Shown in pieces: positions 45,876 through 55,720 of a stretch of DNA of 64,000 nt. A model generated the notes under the pieces. That model saw nothing but the letters and a program-made list of their open reading frames with translations, was not told where the DNA came from and ran no database searches. Source of the DNA: a bacterium (GTDB lineage: Bacteria; SAR324; XYD2-FULL-50-16); assembly GCA_024275165.1 (NCBI GenBank), contig JAJRZQ010000028.1, positions 7,423 to 71,422 on the forward strand. Reading direction: 5' to 3'. Made by a program: the position numbers and the translations under genes. Position 1 is the stretch's first letter, and each line of letters starts with the position of its first letter.

Positions 45876-46196
45876 GAATGATAAACCAGGAGAGATAAAA
45901 TAAAGAAGGCGGATTGCCTAGAAAAACGAGGATAAGCCGATTGAGAGCAAAAGTAATAATAACCCAATAGAACAATAAAAAAGGGGAAGGGCAATTAAGC
46001 TGGCTTCGCCAAAGGGATTTAAACTAGGGTATAGCGTTCTGGTTTCAAAACGGCCCAAAGTCTCCCCGGTTTTTGCCTACAAGAGGGGAAGCAGGCGCCT
46101 ATGCCTGAACGGAGAGTCTTTGAAAATAAAACAGCGTATTTGTTTTATTAAAGGTTGTCAAGCAAGGCTTTTTGTCCTCATCTGAGGGTTTTAGGG

Positions 46197-47699
46197 CTAC
46201 ATTTTGAGAAAGTCAGTGGGAAAACGGTCCGGGGGAGCGTCTAAGTTGGGGCTCTCTTCACCCGCAACCGCCTCGGGCTCTTTCACCTCCTTTGCTGATT
46301 TCTTGCTGTCTTCCGCGTCCTTTTCTTTCTTTTTTGTACTTACAAGGGTCTCTTCTGCGGGTTTAAAAGGATCAATCGAGTGATCTACCGTGAGGTCGTT
46401 GTCTGCGTCCAACAAGTGATCGAGCCGCCGCATCAAGTCAGAGGCCTCTTTCATGTAAATGCGTTTTTCCGTATGATCGAGTAGGGTAACCCGCTCTAAA
46501 AGCTTGTAGGAAACGCTGAGCATCAGTTCTTGTTCCGATTTTTTAAACAGGTTGAGGGCAAACTCCGTGATCAGGGCAATGTTTAAATAAGGCTCAAATT
46601 CAAAATTCTTTTGGATGGACCGATTGGGGAAGTTGGCCAGCAAAGAACGATTTAAGGTAAAAATTTTCCGGCCAATGGCTCTCATTTTATCGAGTTCTCG
46701 TAAAATCATATTGAGTTTAAACTCAAAGAAAAAGCGATTGGATAAAATCGAGACATATTGCAGGCGAAACTCGGTTTTGCTGGAAGAAAGATAGCGGATC
46801 AATTCTTGTACAATGGGCTCTAAAATGGGGATTTTGCTCAAGACCTTAACAATGGCAAAGGACCACTCCACGACTTGATCCGCCGTGCCCTGGTCCATTT
46901 TTTTCGCCCCCATTCCGGCGTTTAGGTAGTCCATCGCCCGCTTGATCACCAAAAACTCAAAAGAGGGGTTGGCAATGGAGGTTTTATTGAAGTTTTTTGT
47001 CAGGTTCCCGATCAGGTTAAAGGCCTCTTTATTTTTTTCTGCGAGCAACTCTACAATCTGCACCGCGTAGTCGATGTTTTTTAATAAGGTTCCGTAGTGC
47101 AGTTCGTTTTTGTGCGGTTGCCAGGCCCGTTTTTGAATCACCACCAGTTTTTCTAAAAAACCGAAATAAACCTCAAAAAAGGCTTTGAGGTTAAAGAGGG
47201 TGATGCCGTTGGTTAAAATTGCCGCCGTGGCGTCGCGCAAGGCGAGCTGCATCCCGTCAATGATGTCTTGACCTTCACCAACGCTGTTTTTCAGCATCAG
47301 GTAGGTGCTGATGCCCGAGACCATGTAGAGGTTTTCGTTTTTGGGATATTTGCGAATCAGTTTATTGACCTCTAAACGAATCGTGCCCGGGGTTTTAAAG
47401 GCCATATCGCGGAAGTGAGCGATTTTTTTTTGCGAGAGGTCGGCGTTGTTTTTGCGACCACGCGACCGATTGCCCGATTTATGGAGGTTGTTGATCTTCC
47501 AGGTGGGGTCTAAACTGGGGACGGGGATGACGGTAACGCGAAGAAACTTCCGTTCCACCTCAATACTGCGCAAGGGGGTGCGCCCTAAAATATACCCTTG
47601 ATTGATGCCATAGCGGTTCTTGGCCAGAAACGCCTCTTGGTCTTTTATAAGGCGAATAGGGCGGTGTTTAACCTGCTTATCCTGACCTTGAATATCCAT
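46197..47699 (-). CDS. Hypothetical protein, 500 aa
   Basis: A long ORF, visibly more AT-rich than its neighbours, with a K/E/D-rich C-terminal tail. No recognised motif. Confidence 0.5.
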   Translation of the reverse strand: MDIQGQDKQVKHRPIRLIKDQEAFLAKNRYGINQGYILGRTPLRSIEVERKFLRVTVIPVPSLDPTWKINNLHKSGNRSRGRKNNADLSQKKIAHFRDMAFKTPGTIRLEVNKLIRKYPKNENLYMVSGISTYLMLKNSVGEGQDIIDGMQLALRDATAAILTNGITLFNLKAFFEVYFGFLEKLVVIQKRAWQPHKNELHYGTLLKNIDYAVQIVELLAEKNKEAFNLIGNLTKNFNKTSIANPSFEFLVIKRAMDYLNAGMGAKKMDQGTADQVVEWSFAIVKVLSKIPILEPIVQELIRYLSSSKTEFRLQYVSILSNRFFFEFKLNMILRELDKMRAIGRKIFTLNRSLLANFPNRSIQKNFEFEPYLNIALITEFALNLFKKSEQELMLSVSYKLLERVTLLDHTEKRIYMKEASDLMRRLDHLLDADNDLTVDHSIDPFKPAEETLVSTKKKEKDAEDSKKSAKEVKEPEAVAGEESPNLDAPPDRFPTDFLKM

Positions 47700-47813
47700 T
47701 GTTTTCAGCGTTGCTCGATTTTTAAAGCCTCTATAATAGAGTAGGGTATTTTATACCAACCCGGCAAGCCGTAAATGCTTTAAATTATTTATTTTTACAA
47801 TAGAATCAACCTC

Positions 47814-50309
47814 TTATCCGGCCTCAGGGCCGAAGGGCTTTAGATCTACGATGAGACGAGGCAAAAGGGTTAAGGCCGTGGCCCAAGCAATGATCATGGC
47901 CAAACCAGTCAATAAACCAAAATAAATGCTGGGAATGAAATTGGAAAGCACGAGAATGGAAAAACCGATGATAATGGTCACCGAGGTGTAATACATGGCA
48001 TAGCCAATACTGCCGTGACACCGGTGCATAGCCGCTATATATTGATGATCTTTCGCGTATTCAATTTCAAAACGGTGAATATAATGGATAGTATCATCTA
48101 CCGCGATCCCCACGCTGATGGCAGCAATGGTAATGGTCATCATGTCGAGGGGAATATCTGCCCAGCCCATAAAACCCAACACGGTGCCCACGCTCAACAG
48201 GTTGGGCAAAATAGCGATGTAAGAAAGCTTAAAGGAGCGAAAAAGCAGCATAAACATGATCATCAAAGCGGCAATCACGGCGCCTAAGGTTTCAATCTGC
48301 GAGTTGAACAGGCTTTGCAGCATGTTGTTGTATAAAACCAAGAGGCTCGTTAAATGAGTTCGTTCCGGGGGGATGCGCAATTTGTCTTTTAGGTCTCGTT
48401 GAATGGTTTGGAGCAGTTCATTGCGCCTTAGGTTCGGGTCGGAATCGCGCACTCTAAGGTAGAACCGAACCTGATTGTCCTGAACCGAGACATAAGGATT
48501 GAGAACGATCTTTTTAAAGCGTTCGGGAAGCTCTTTATAGATCAAAGCCAAGAGAAAGTTATCTAAAGGTTGACCCTCGTTGAGCGTAACCCCGATTTTA
48601 AGCATGGTCGCCAAAGAGAGTACCTTTCCCGTTTCGGGCAGACGGTCAAGGTAATCATGCACCCGTTCGACCTCTGCCATTTTCGCAGAGGTAAACCAAT
48701 ATTGCGCTTCACTTGCTTGGGAGTTGAATTCTTCTTCAAACTGGTCGAAGTCGCTGAATTCATCTTCTGCGTCCGCTGTTGTTGTTGGTGGGGGGGCTTG
48801 TTTTTCCGGGGGGAAGTCTAAAATAATATCCAAGGGGGTGGTGCCGCCCAATTGCTGGTCAATGACCTTCATCCCCTGATAGATCTCGGTAGATTTTTTA
48901 AAATAATCGATAAAGGAGTTTTCTACCCGCAGTTGCAGGGCCCCGGAGATACATAAAACCGCCAAAACCCCGCTGACGAAAAAAATGAGCCTTCCTCTTT
49001 TTTCCGTTAAATTCGCTAAGATTAAGGTGACCTTGAAACTCTTTTCAAAGGAGACATTGGGCGACTTTTTGGGAAGAAACAACAACAAGATGGGAAACAG
49101 CAGAAAGGTTAGGATTAAGGAAACCGAGATTCCCACCGACATCATCCAACCAAAATTGATCACCGGTAAGATTCCGCTCAACAATAAAGAAAAGAACCCG
49201 GCCACCGTGGTCAAGGCCATGTAAAGGCAAGGCTGGGCCATGGCCAGCACGGTTTCGCGGGCGAGCTTTTTTTGCTCCCACTCGGGGTGTTGGTTATAAA
49301 ATTCTCGATAGCGCACGATCAAATGAATGGTGATGGCCATGGTAATGATCAGCTGAATGCTGATAAAGTTGGAGCTGATGACCGTTACCTCCCATCCAAA
49401 CAAGCCTAAAAAGCCGCTTGTCGCCAGTACGCTTAAACCGCAGGTGACCAAGGGGATTAAAATCCAACGGAATTGGCGAAAGATAATCCATAAGGTAATG
49501 ACCAAAAAAGTCAAAACTCCGGTGCCAAAAATACGCAAATCACTTTTAATGTAGGTGATGAGATCATCGGCGATCATGGCCACCCCGCCTAAAAAAAGTT
49601 GGGCCTTTTCCCGGTGCTGATCCATAGCGGCGCGTACCTGGGCGACAATACGGTGTTGCCGGGCGCGGGCTACATTGCGGTAGCTCTTGAATTCGGTTTG
49701 CAATTGGGCGAGTTCGGTTTGTTCCTTTTCATTGAGGCCGAGGCTCTTTTGCTTTTCCCTTAAGGTATAACGCCGCTGTATAAAATTCTGCCAGGCCGTG
49801 TCTTCGTCCAACTCGACCTGCAACGCGGTGGTGCGAAAATCAGGGCTCACCAACAAATTACGATAGATCGGGCTATGCAGAAACTCTTCTTTGGCCAAGG
49901 CCTTGTCGATTCCTGGGGATTCAAGGGTGGGAACCTTTTTGAGTAGTTCCTTCAGCGGTTTTGGGGGGCTTTGCAAAAGGGGGACATCCAAAATACTGGT
50001 CACTCCGCTCACCCCATCAATCTCCAGCAAATCAGCCTTTAAGGCTCTTAGGGCCTGCAAGGTGGGCTCGGCCAATAAATCGGCCTGGGGCTGGTAGGTA
50101 ATAACCAAAAAATCAGGGCTGCCGTAGCGTTGGTTCACCTCTCGAGAGTATTGTAAATCGAGGTCGTTTTCTAAGGTTAGGGTTTCTGCGGAAGCGTCGA
50201 CCTGCAATTGCGTTGCTTCGTAGGCAAGAAAACTCAGCAAACACAACAAGAAGAACAAAACTTTTTTGGGGTGTTGCAAAACCCCTTGATCATAAAAACG
50301 ACTCAACAT
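47814..50309 (-). CDS. MMPL/RND-superfamily transporter (HpnN-like)
   Basis: An 831-aa protein with two 6-TM bundles, each preceded by a large periplasmic loop (MMPL architecture). Confidence 0.75.
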   Translation of the reverse strand: MLSRFYDQGVLQHPKKVLFFLLCLLSFLAYEATQLQVDASAETLTLENDLDLQYSREVNQRYGSPDFLVITYQPQADLLAEPTLQALRALKADLLEIDGVSGVTSILDVPLLQSPPKPLKELLKKVPTLESPGIDKALAKEEFLHSPIYRNLLVSPDFRTTALQVELDEDTAWQNFIQRRYTLREKQKSLGLNEKEQTELAQLQTEFKSYRNVARARQHRIVAQVRAAMDQHREKAQLFLGGVAMIADDLITYIKSDLRIFGTGVLTFLVITLWIIFRQFRWILIPLVTCGLSVLATSGFLGLFGWEVTVISSNFISIQLIITMAITIHLIVRYREFYNQHPEWEQKKLARETVLAMAQPCLYMALTTVAGFFSLLLSGILPVINFGWMMSVGISVSLILTFLLFPILLLFLPKKSPNVSFEKSFKVTLILANLTEKRGRLIFFVSGVLAVLCISGALQLRVENSFIDYFKKSTEIYQGMKVIDQQLGGTTPLDIILDFPPEKQAPPPTTTADAEDEFSDFDQFEEEFNSQASEAQYWFTSAKMAEVERVHDYLDRLPETGKVLSLATMLKIGVTLNEGQPLDNFLLALIYKELPERFKKIVLNPYVSVQDNQVRFYLRVRDSDPNLRRNELLQTIQRDLKDKLRIPPERTHLTSLLVLYNNMLQSLFNSQIETLGAVIAALMIMFMLLFRSFKLSYIAILPNLLSVGTVLGFMGWADIPLDMMTITIAAISVGIAVDDTIHYIHRFEIEYAKDHQYIAAMHRCHGSIGYAMYYTSVTIIIGFSILVLSNFIPSIYFGLLTGLAMIIAWATALTLLPRLIVDLKPFGPEAG

Positions 50310-50329
50310 GGCAGTGGGTGGAATAGGGG

Positions 50330-50935
50330 TTATTGTCCATCGGGAACATTAAATTGGCCGGAATTTTGAAGTTTTTTCAATAAAGCTTCAACGCTGCCGG
50401 TTTTCAATACTCCGGCAAACTGGCTGCGATAAGTCTGCACGATGCTCACCCCGAGGATTTCTACATCATAAACCATCCAGCCCTTTTTTTTATCCCTGTG
50501 GAACTTATAAATCATTTCTTTTTTGTCATCCTTGGTCACTAAGTGGGAAACGATTTCAATGCGGTTTGCTTTGGATTGTTTTACCGCGTCAATGGTCACA
50601 TCCTCATCGGTGTACAGGTCCAGTTTTTCTAAATAACTTTCCTGTAAGCGTTTTACAAAAAGCGTGGAAAACTCCTTTTTTTGCGCCGCGCTGAATTGCT
50701 TCCAATACTTTTGCCCGAGGCTTAAATGAGCCATGAGCTTAAAATCAAAAATGGGGTTGACGGTGTTTAAAATTTTCTGATTTCGGGTCGCTTTGTCGAG
50801 GTTGGGGTCGCGCAGTAATTGCAAAACCACCTCAATCTTATTCGTCATGGTTTTTTTTACCTCTGTTCGCTCATCCGCGAGAGCGGCAAAGGGAAGAAAA
50901 AAGAGAACCAGCAAAAGGCCGAGCATGGATTTCAT
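50330..50935 (-). CDS. mlaC: MlaC/Ttg2D-family periplasmic phospholipid-binding protein
   Basis: A signal peptide plus the Ttg2D-like core (IYKFHRDKKKGWMVYDVEILGVSIVQTYRSQF). Confidence 0.65.
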   Translation of the reverse strand: MKSMLGLLLVLFFLPFAALADERTEVKKTMTNKIEVVLQLLRDPNLDKATRNQKILNTVNPIFDFKLMAHLSLGQKYWKQFSAAQKKEFSTLFVKRLQESYLEKLDLYTDEDVTIDAVKQSKANRIEIVSHLVTKDDKKEMIYKFHRDKKKGWMVYDVEILGVSIVQTYRSQFAGVLKTGSVEALLKKLQNSGQFNVPDGQ

Positions 50936-50937
50936 AT

Positions 50938-51846
50938 TTACTCCTGTATGTCTTTGTTGCGTTTTTGTTCGTAGGCGTCGCGTAAGAAGGGGTAAAGATC
51001 GAGGGCATCTTTTTTCAGACTCTCATACTCCCCTAGGTGGAGTGAGGTGTCATTGATGACGCGAAAGGCTCGCGCCCCGTATTCGCTATAGGGGTCTTCA
51101 ATTTGCGTCACGGCATCGAACTGCCAGTCAAAGGTTAGGGCAAGAGAATCCCTTAAGTTGGAGGGACCAAAAAAAGGCAAGACAATATGAGGGCCTGAAC
51201 CGAGCCCCCAATACCCCAAGGTTTGCCCGAAGTCTTCGGGGTGCGCCTCTAAGCCGAGCCAATCCTTGGCGGGGTCAAAAAGACCAAAAATCCCGATGGT
51301 GCTGTTGATCACGAAACGGGCCGTCTCCTCTCCCGCGTGGACGAGTTTGCCTTGCAGGAGGTTATTGAGCAAGCGTAAGGGATACCAGAGATTGGTAAAA
51401 AAGGAGTTGATGCTCCGCCGACCCTCTTGGGGGATGGCCCAATCCCAGCCCGCCGCGACAGGTTGCAGGAGCCAAACATAAAGCTTGTCGTTAAAGGTCG
51501 TCATACTGCGGTTGTATCCGGCAAAGGGGTCTGAAACCTCGTTTTTGTTGGCCTCAAACTCCTCTTCAAACTCGGCAAAATCGCCCCCGTCACTGAAGGA
51601 TTCAGAGGCCGTATCCGCTTGGGCATAGAGGTTGTTGACCTGTTGTTGGGGCAGGGCAAGGGCTGCTTGCTTGGCGGAGCGCGCTTTCCAATAGATTATA
51701 TAGTGGGCCCATTCTTGTTGGGTTGAGGTTGCCGCTTCTGGAAAAGGGCCTAGAGGAGTCAAGCGATTTTTTGGAGATTGAGGTGAGGCAAAGAGTTCAT
51801 TGGAGCCAAAAAGCAGAACAATAATAAGCAGGGTGCGCCAATACAT
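50938..51846 (-). CDS. mlaA: MlaA/VacJ-family lipoprotein
   Basis: FNDKLYVWLLQPVAAGWDWAIPQEGRRSINSFFTNLWYPLRLLNNLLQGK...STIGIFGLFDPA is a VacJ core. Confidence 0.75.
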   Translation of the reverse strand: MYWRTLLIIVLLFGSNELFASPQSPKNRLTPLGPFPEAATSTQQEWAHYIIYWKARSAKQAALALPQQQVNNLYAQADTASESFSDGGDFAEFEEEFEANKNEVSDPFAGYNRSMTTFNDKLYVWLLQPVAAGWDWAIPQEGRRSINSFFTNLWYPLRLLNNLLQGKLVHAGEETARFVINSTIGIFGLFDPAKDWLGLEAHPEDFGQTLGYWGLGSGPHIVLPFFGPSNLRDSLALTFDWQFDAVTQIEDPYSEYGARAFRVINDTSLHLGEYESLKKDALDLYPFLRDAYEQKRNKDIQE

Positions 51847-52060
51847 ATCAAATCAAAAAAAAAGAGTTCAACTCAATTGTACAAAGGGTACAGGTTTGCA
51901 ATCCTTGTGTCTATTCTTCCCTTTTATGCCCTTTTTTTGCTTTCCCGGTCTCCTCTATTTTCGTGAAAACAAGGGCTTTTTCGTCAAGTTTAAGCAATGG
52001 GGGTAAAGCCGAGTCGCAAATCAATTCACTTGAGGAAATTCTGAAAAGCCCAGAGGTAGC

Positions 52061-53029
52061 CTAGCCCATGAAAGCGATTTTCAGGGTTTGCAGGGCAAAA
52101 GCGCCTGCCCAAGCCCAGTTTAAAAGGCGAAAGAGGCGGGTTAGGTCGCTGGGCTTGGCCCCGAAGGGGTCGTTGTGGAACCCGTATTCCGCCTCTTGGC
52201 GCAAGCTGCCCCCTCGCGCCACCGGCCCCCCGAGCCGCAACCCCAAGGCCCCGGCAACCGTGGCCATGGGCCAGCCGGAATTGGGCGAGGCATGACGGCG
52301 ATGTTGCCGCCAACCACAAACCCAGGCCTTTTTTCCGCTGACCCCGGGGGTCAAGGCCGCTGCCAAAACCAACCCTAACCAGCCCAAACGGGCGGGGAGC
52401 CAATTCAGCAGATCGTCCCCCTTTGCCGCGGCCCAGCCGAAGCGGCGATAGCGCTCTGTTTTATAGCCCACCATGCTATCTAAGGTGCTGAATACCTTAA
52501 AAATCCATAAACCGGGTAAGCCAAAGAACAGATAGGCCAAAAGGGGGGATACAAAACCATCCACAAAATTTTCGGCTAAACTCTCTAAGGTGGCCCGCAG
52601 GCAAGCGGCTTCATCGGCTTTGCGCAAATCTCGGCTGACCAGCTTCCCCGCCTCTTGGCGTAGCTGGGCTAAATCTTTTGCCTTGATCGCTCGCAAGACC
52701 TGTTTTCCATGTTTTAGCAAATCCCCAAAGGCAAGCAGACTGTAAAGCAACCAAAGCTCAAACCCCCAACCCAGCCAGGGGGAGGCCTTGGTTAAGCTCT
52801 CCCTCAACCAGAGCAGAGGCGGCAAGCTCAAGCCTATTAGGGCGAGCAACTGCAACAGCCCTCCAAGGCGGCCCTTCCAACCCAATTGAAAAAGCCCCTG
52901 TTCCAGCAAGCGGGCTAAATGACCCAAGAGTCGCACGGGGTGGAGGAGGTAAACAGGGTCCCCCCAAACCCGATCCAAGAGCAGGGCAAAAAGCAACAGC
53001 CCCCCAGAAGTAAAAAGAACCTCCGGCAT
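52061..53029 (-). CDS. cbiB: Adenosylcobinamide-phosphate synthase CbiB/CobD
   Basis: A membrane protein of the CobD/CbiB family (LLFALLLDRVWGDPVYLLHPVRLLGHL). Confidence 0.85.
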   Translation of the reverse strand: MPEVLFTSGGLLLFALLLDRVWGDPVYLLHPVRLLGHLARLLEQGLFQLGWKGRLGGLLQLLALIGLSLPPLLWLRESLTKASPWLGWGFELWLLYSLLAFGDLLKHGKQVLRAIKAKDLAQLRQEAGKLVSRDLRKADEAACLRATLESLAENFVDGFVSPLLAYLFFGLPGLWIFKVFSTLDSMVGYKTERYRRFGWAAAKGDDLLNWLPARLGWLGLVLAAALTPGVSGKKAWVCGWRQHRRHASPNSGWPMATVAGALGLRLGGPVARGGSLRQEAEYGFHNDPFGAKPSDLTRLFRLLNWAWAGAFALQTLKIAFMG

Positions 53030-54102
53030 TATTTTTTCCCTTCCCGTTTTTTAAAAAATTGGATGAGGGCTTGATTTTCAGCGGGCATGCGCACCGCGAA
53101 ACGGAACCCATTTTGCGAAAGCCCTTGAAAGTTTCGGCAATCCCGCAGTAAAAACCCGGCGGCTAAGGCTTGTTTTAAAAGAACCTCCAAGGGAGTCGCG
53201 TCGCTCCACTGGGCAAAGAGGAAGTTCACCTGCCCCGACGCCAACTTCAAGCCCTTTAGGGGTGCCAGTTCCGCGCGAAAGCGGTTTTGCTCTTGGGCGA
53301 TGATCCCTTGGGTTCGCTTTAAATACTCCCCTTGGGAGAGCAACAAACCGGCCGCTTCTTCGGCAAGCCCGTTGACGCGCCAGGGGGGGAGGCGGGCCTT
53401 GAAGGATTCGATTTTTCCCTCTGGCCCCAGTAAAGCCCCCAACCGCAACCCGGGCAGGGCAAAAATCTTGGTCAGGGAATGCAGCACCCATAGATTAGTA
53501 TGGCGCTCCACCTCTAAGCTTAAGTCCCAGGGCTCGGTATGGCTGAGAAAGGGCAAAAAGGCATGATCCACGACAAAGTCCACTTGGGGGAACTCTCGCG
53601 CCCAAGCTAAAACCTGCTCCTTTGCCGTCACTTGTCCGGTCGGGTTGTTGGGGGAGCCGATGAACACTCCATCCACCTGTTGGTATTGCTCCGCCAACCC
53701 CTCTAGGCGTGGTTCCGGCCAGTTGGGCCAGGTGAGGACCTCCACCCCGGCGGCCTCACAGGCGGCGCGGTAATCAAAAAAAGAGGGTTCAAAAATCAAG
53801 ACCCGTTTCCAGTTTAATAAAGCGGGGAGGAGGTAAATCCCCTCGATACTCCCATTTAAAGGGAGCAATCTCGTTGGCGCCACTCCCCAAGTTTGCTGAG
53901 CGTATTGGGTCAGCTTGTGCCCCTGGGGGCTGGGGTAGCGGGTCGCCGCCCGCAGCAGCTCGGGCCAGGCCTGCGCCAGGGCCGGTGGGGGGCCTAGGGG
54001 GTTGAGGTTTACGCTGAAGTCGAGGTAAGGCCGGGGCTCTAAGCCGAAGCCGGCAAAGGCTTGGTCGCCCTGCCCCCCGTGACGATGCTCCCAAGGCTTC
54101 AT
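53029..54102 (-). CDS. cobD: L-threonine-O-3-phosphate decarboxylase (CobC/CobD aminotransferase-fold)
   Basis: A class I/II aminotransferase fold whose position between cbiB and cobQ is typical. The family is CobD-type. Confidence 0.8.
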   Translation of the reverse strand: MKPWEHRHGGQGDQAFAGFGLEPRPYLDFSVNLNPLGPPPALAQAWPELLRAATRYPSPQGHKLTQYAQQTWGVAPTRLLPLNGSIEGIYLLPALLNWKRVLIFEPSFFDYRAACEAAGVEVLTWPNWPEPRLEGLAEQYQQVDGVFIGSPNNPTGQVTAKEQVLAWAREFPQVDFVVDHAFLPFLSHTEPWDLSLEVERHTNLWVLHSLTKIFALPGLRLGALLGPEGKIESFKARLPPWRVNGLAEEAAGLLLSQGEYLKRTQGIIAQEQNRFRAELAPLKGLKLASGQVNFLFAQWSDATPLEVLLKQALAAGFLLRDCRNFQGLSQNGFRFAVRMPAENQALIQFFKKREGKK

Positions 54103-55583
54103 CCCTGGGCCTGGAGAACGCGTTTGAATGCCTTTAAGTCCAAATGGGGCCGTACCTGATCGGCCAGTTGGTCGTAAGGGTCGGGGTAAGGGGCGCCCAA
54201 ATCCACTGTCCCCCCCCAGAGGCGTCGCAGCAGGGCTTGGAGAAATTCAGCCGATTCAAACAAACCGTGAAGGTAGCTCCCCATAACTTGGCCCTGAGCG
54301 TCGACAAAGCCCTCGGCGCCGCTGCCCACCGCAAACAAGGGGGCTAAGGGCCGCAAACAGCGGCTTTGGCCCTGGTGAATCTCATAGCCCCACAACAAAG
54401 ACTGGCTGGCTAAATCTTTTGCCCGCACCTGCCTGAGGGTTTTATGGGGCAGCAGGGTCGTTGTTAGGGGCAACAGGCCCAACCCTTGGGCAGAATGGAG
54501 GGTGGATTCCAGTCCCTCGGGGTCTAAAATCTCTTGGCCCAGCATCTGCAAGCCCCCGCAAATACCAAAAATCGGTTTTTTCTGGGCCTGAAACTCTAAA
54601 ATCAACTCTGCCCAACCCTGTTTCTTCAACCAGGCCAAGTCGGCTAAGGTGGCCTTGCTGCCCGGTAAAATCAACAGGTCATAGGGGGTAAGGGAGCGGG
54701 GGCGACTCAAATAATGGCATTCCACCCCCGGCAGGTTGAAGAGGGGGTCAAAGTCTGTAAAGTTGGAGATGCGTGGCAGGCGCAGCACGGCAATCGCTCG
54801 CTTTTCCCCCTTTGGTGGGGGCGGGTCGGTGAGGCGGTCTAGGGTTACGGCGTCTTCTGCGGGGATGCGCAAATCCGAAAAATAAGGGATGATCCCCAAG
54901 ATAGGCAGGCCCGTGCGTTCTTCCAGCCAGCGTTTCCCCTCCTTAAAGAGGGCGATGTCCCCGCGAAAGCGGTTGATCAAAATTCCTTTGATCAAGGCCC
55001 GATCCGCCGCTTCAAGGACTTCCAAACTCCCTACGATTTGGGCAAAAACCCCACCTCGGTCGATGTCGGCGATCATCACCACCGGGGCCTTGAGTTCTCG
55101 CGCCAAACCTAGATTGGCGATGTCTCGCTGGCGCAAATTAACCTCTGCTAGGCTCCCCGCCCCTTCAATCACGATCAGTTCAAAACGCCTTGCCAAGTCA
55201 TGGTAGGCTTCCAAAGCGATTTTTAAAAAGGGGTGGCGATGGGTGAGAAAATCTCCCGCCTTGAGTTGCCCAACGACTTTACCCTGGAGAATAATTTGCG
55301 AAGTTTGCTCCCCCGAGGGCTTGAGCAAGATGGGGTTCATGTTCGCTTCGGGCTCCAGCCCCGCCGCGCGAGCCTGTACCGCCTGGGCGCGGCCCATCTC
55401 CAGCCCCTGGGCGGTGACATGGCTATTGTTGGACATATTCTGCGCCTTAAAGGGCGCGACAGCAAACCCCTCTTGCCTTAAGATACGCAGTAAGGCGGTG
55501 GCCAAGAGGCTTTTGCCCACATCGGACCCCGTACCGAGGAGGGCTATGGGTTGGGCAAGCATTTTTGGGGGAGGTTGGGGCAT
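54099..55583 (-). CDS. cobQ: Cobyric acid synthase
   Basis: A P-loop (LGTGSDVGKS) with a C-terminal glutamine amidotransferase domain. The protein is 494 aa. Confidence 0.88.
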   Translation of the reverse strand: MPQPPPKMLAQPIALLGTGSDVGKSLLATALLRILRQEGFAVAPFKAQNMSNNSHVTAQGLEMGRAQAVQARAAGLEPEANMNPILLKPSGEQTSQIILQGKVVGQLKAGDFLTHRHPFLKIALEAYHDLARRFELIVIEGAGSLAEVNLRQRDIANLGLARELKAPVVMIADIDRGGVFAQIVGSLEVLEAADRALIKGILINRFRGDIALFKEGKRWLEERTGLPILGIIPYFSDLRIPAEDAVTLDRLTDPPPPKGEKRAIAVLRLPRISNFTDFDPLFNLPGVECHYLSRPRSLTPYDLLILPGSKATLADLAWLKKQGWAELILEFQAQKKPIFGICGGLQMLGQEILDPEGLESTLHSAQGLGLLPLTTTLLPHKTLRQVRAKDLASQSLLWGYEIHQGQSRCLRPLAPLFAVGSGAEGFVDAQGQVMGSYLHGLFESAEFLQALLRRLWGGTVDLGAPYPDPYDQLADQVRPHLDLKAFKRVLQAQG

Positions 55584-55720
55584 GGTTGTTTCAGCTCAAT
55601 GGAGTTAGCATAAGCGGTTCTCCCGATTGGTCAAGGGGATTTAGTTTTTACCAGAAAGGCTTGAAGTTTGAGCGCGGCAAGGCTAGATTAAGCTTTTTTG
55701 CTTTCCCTCATGAGGCCATG

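Noticed and set aside
52026-52403. Track ORFs 52026..52403 - and 52068..52295 + near the cbiB 3' end
   Set aside because: They overlap cbiB in other frames, and their composition is G/P/R-rich frame noise. The region up to 52060 is better explained as intergenic and carries a copy of the hairpin motif.
55584-55720. Possible cobalamin riboswitch in the cobQ/cbiA divergent region
   Set aside because: The spacer is only 137 nt and I found no B12-box-like sequence. A covariance-model scan would be needed to be certain.
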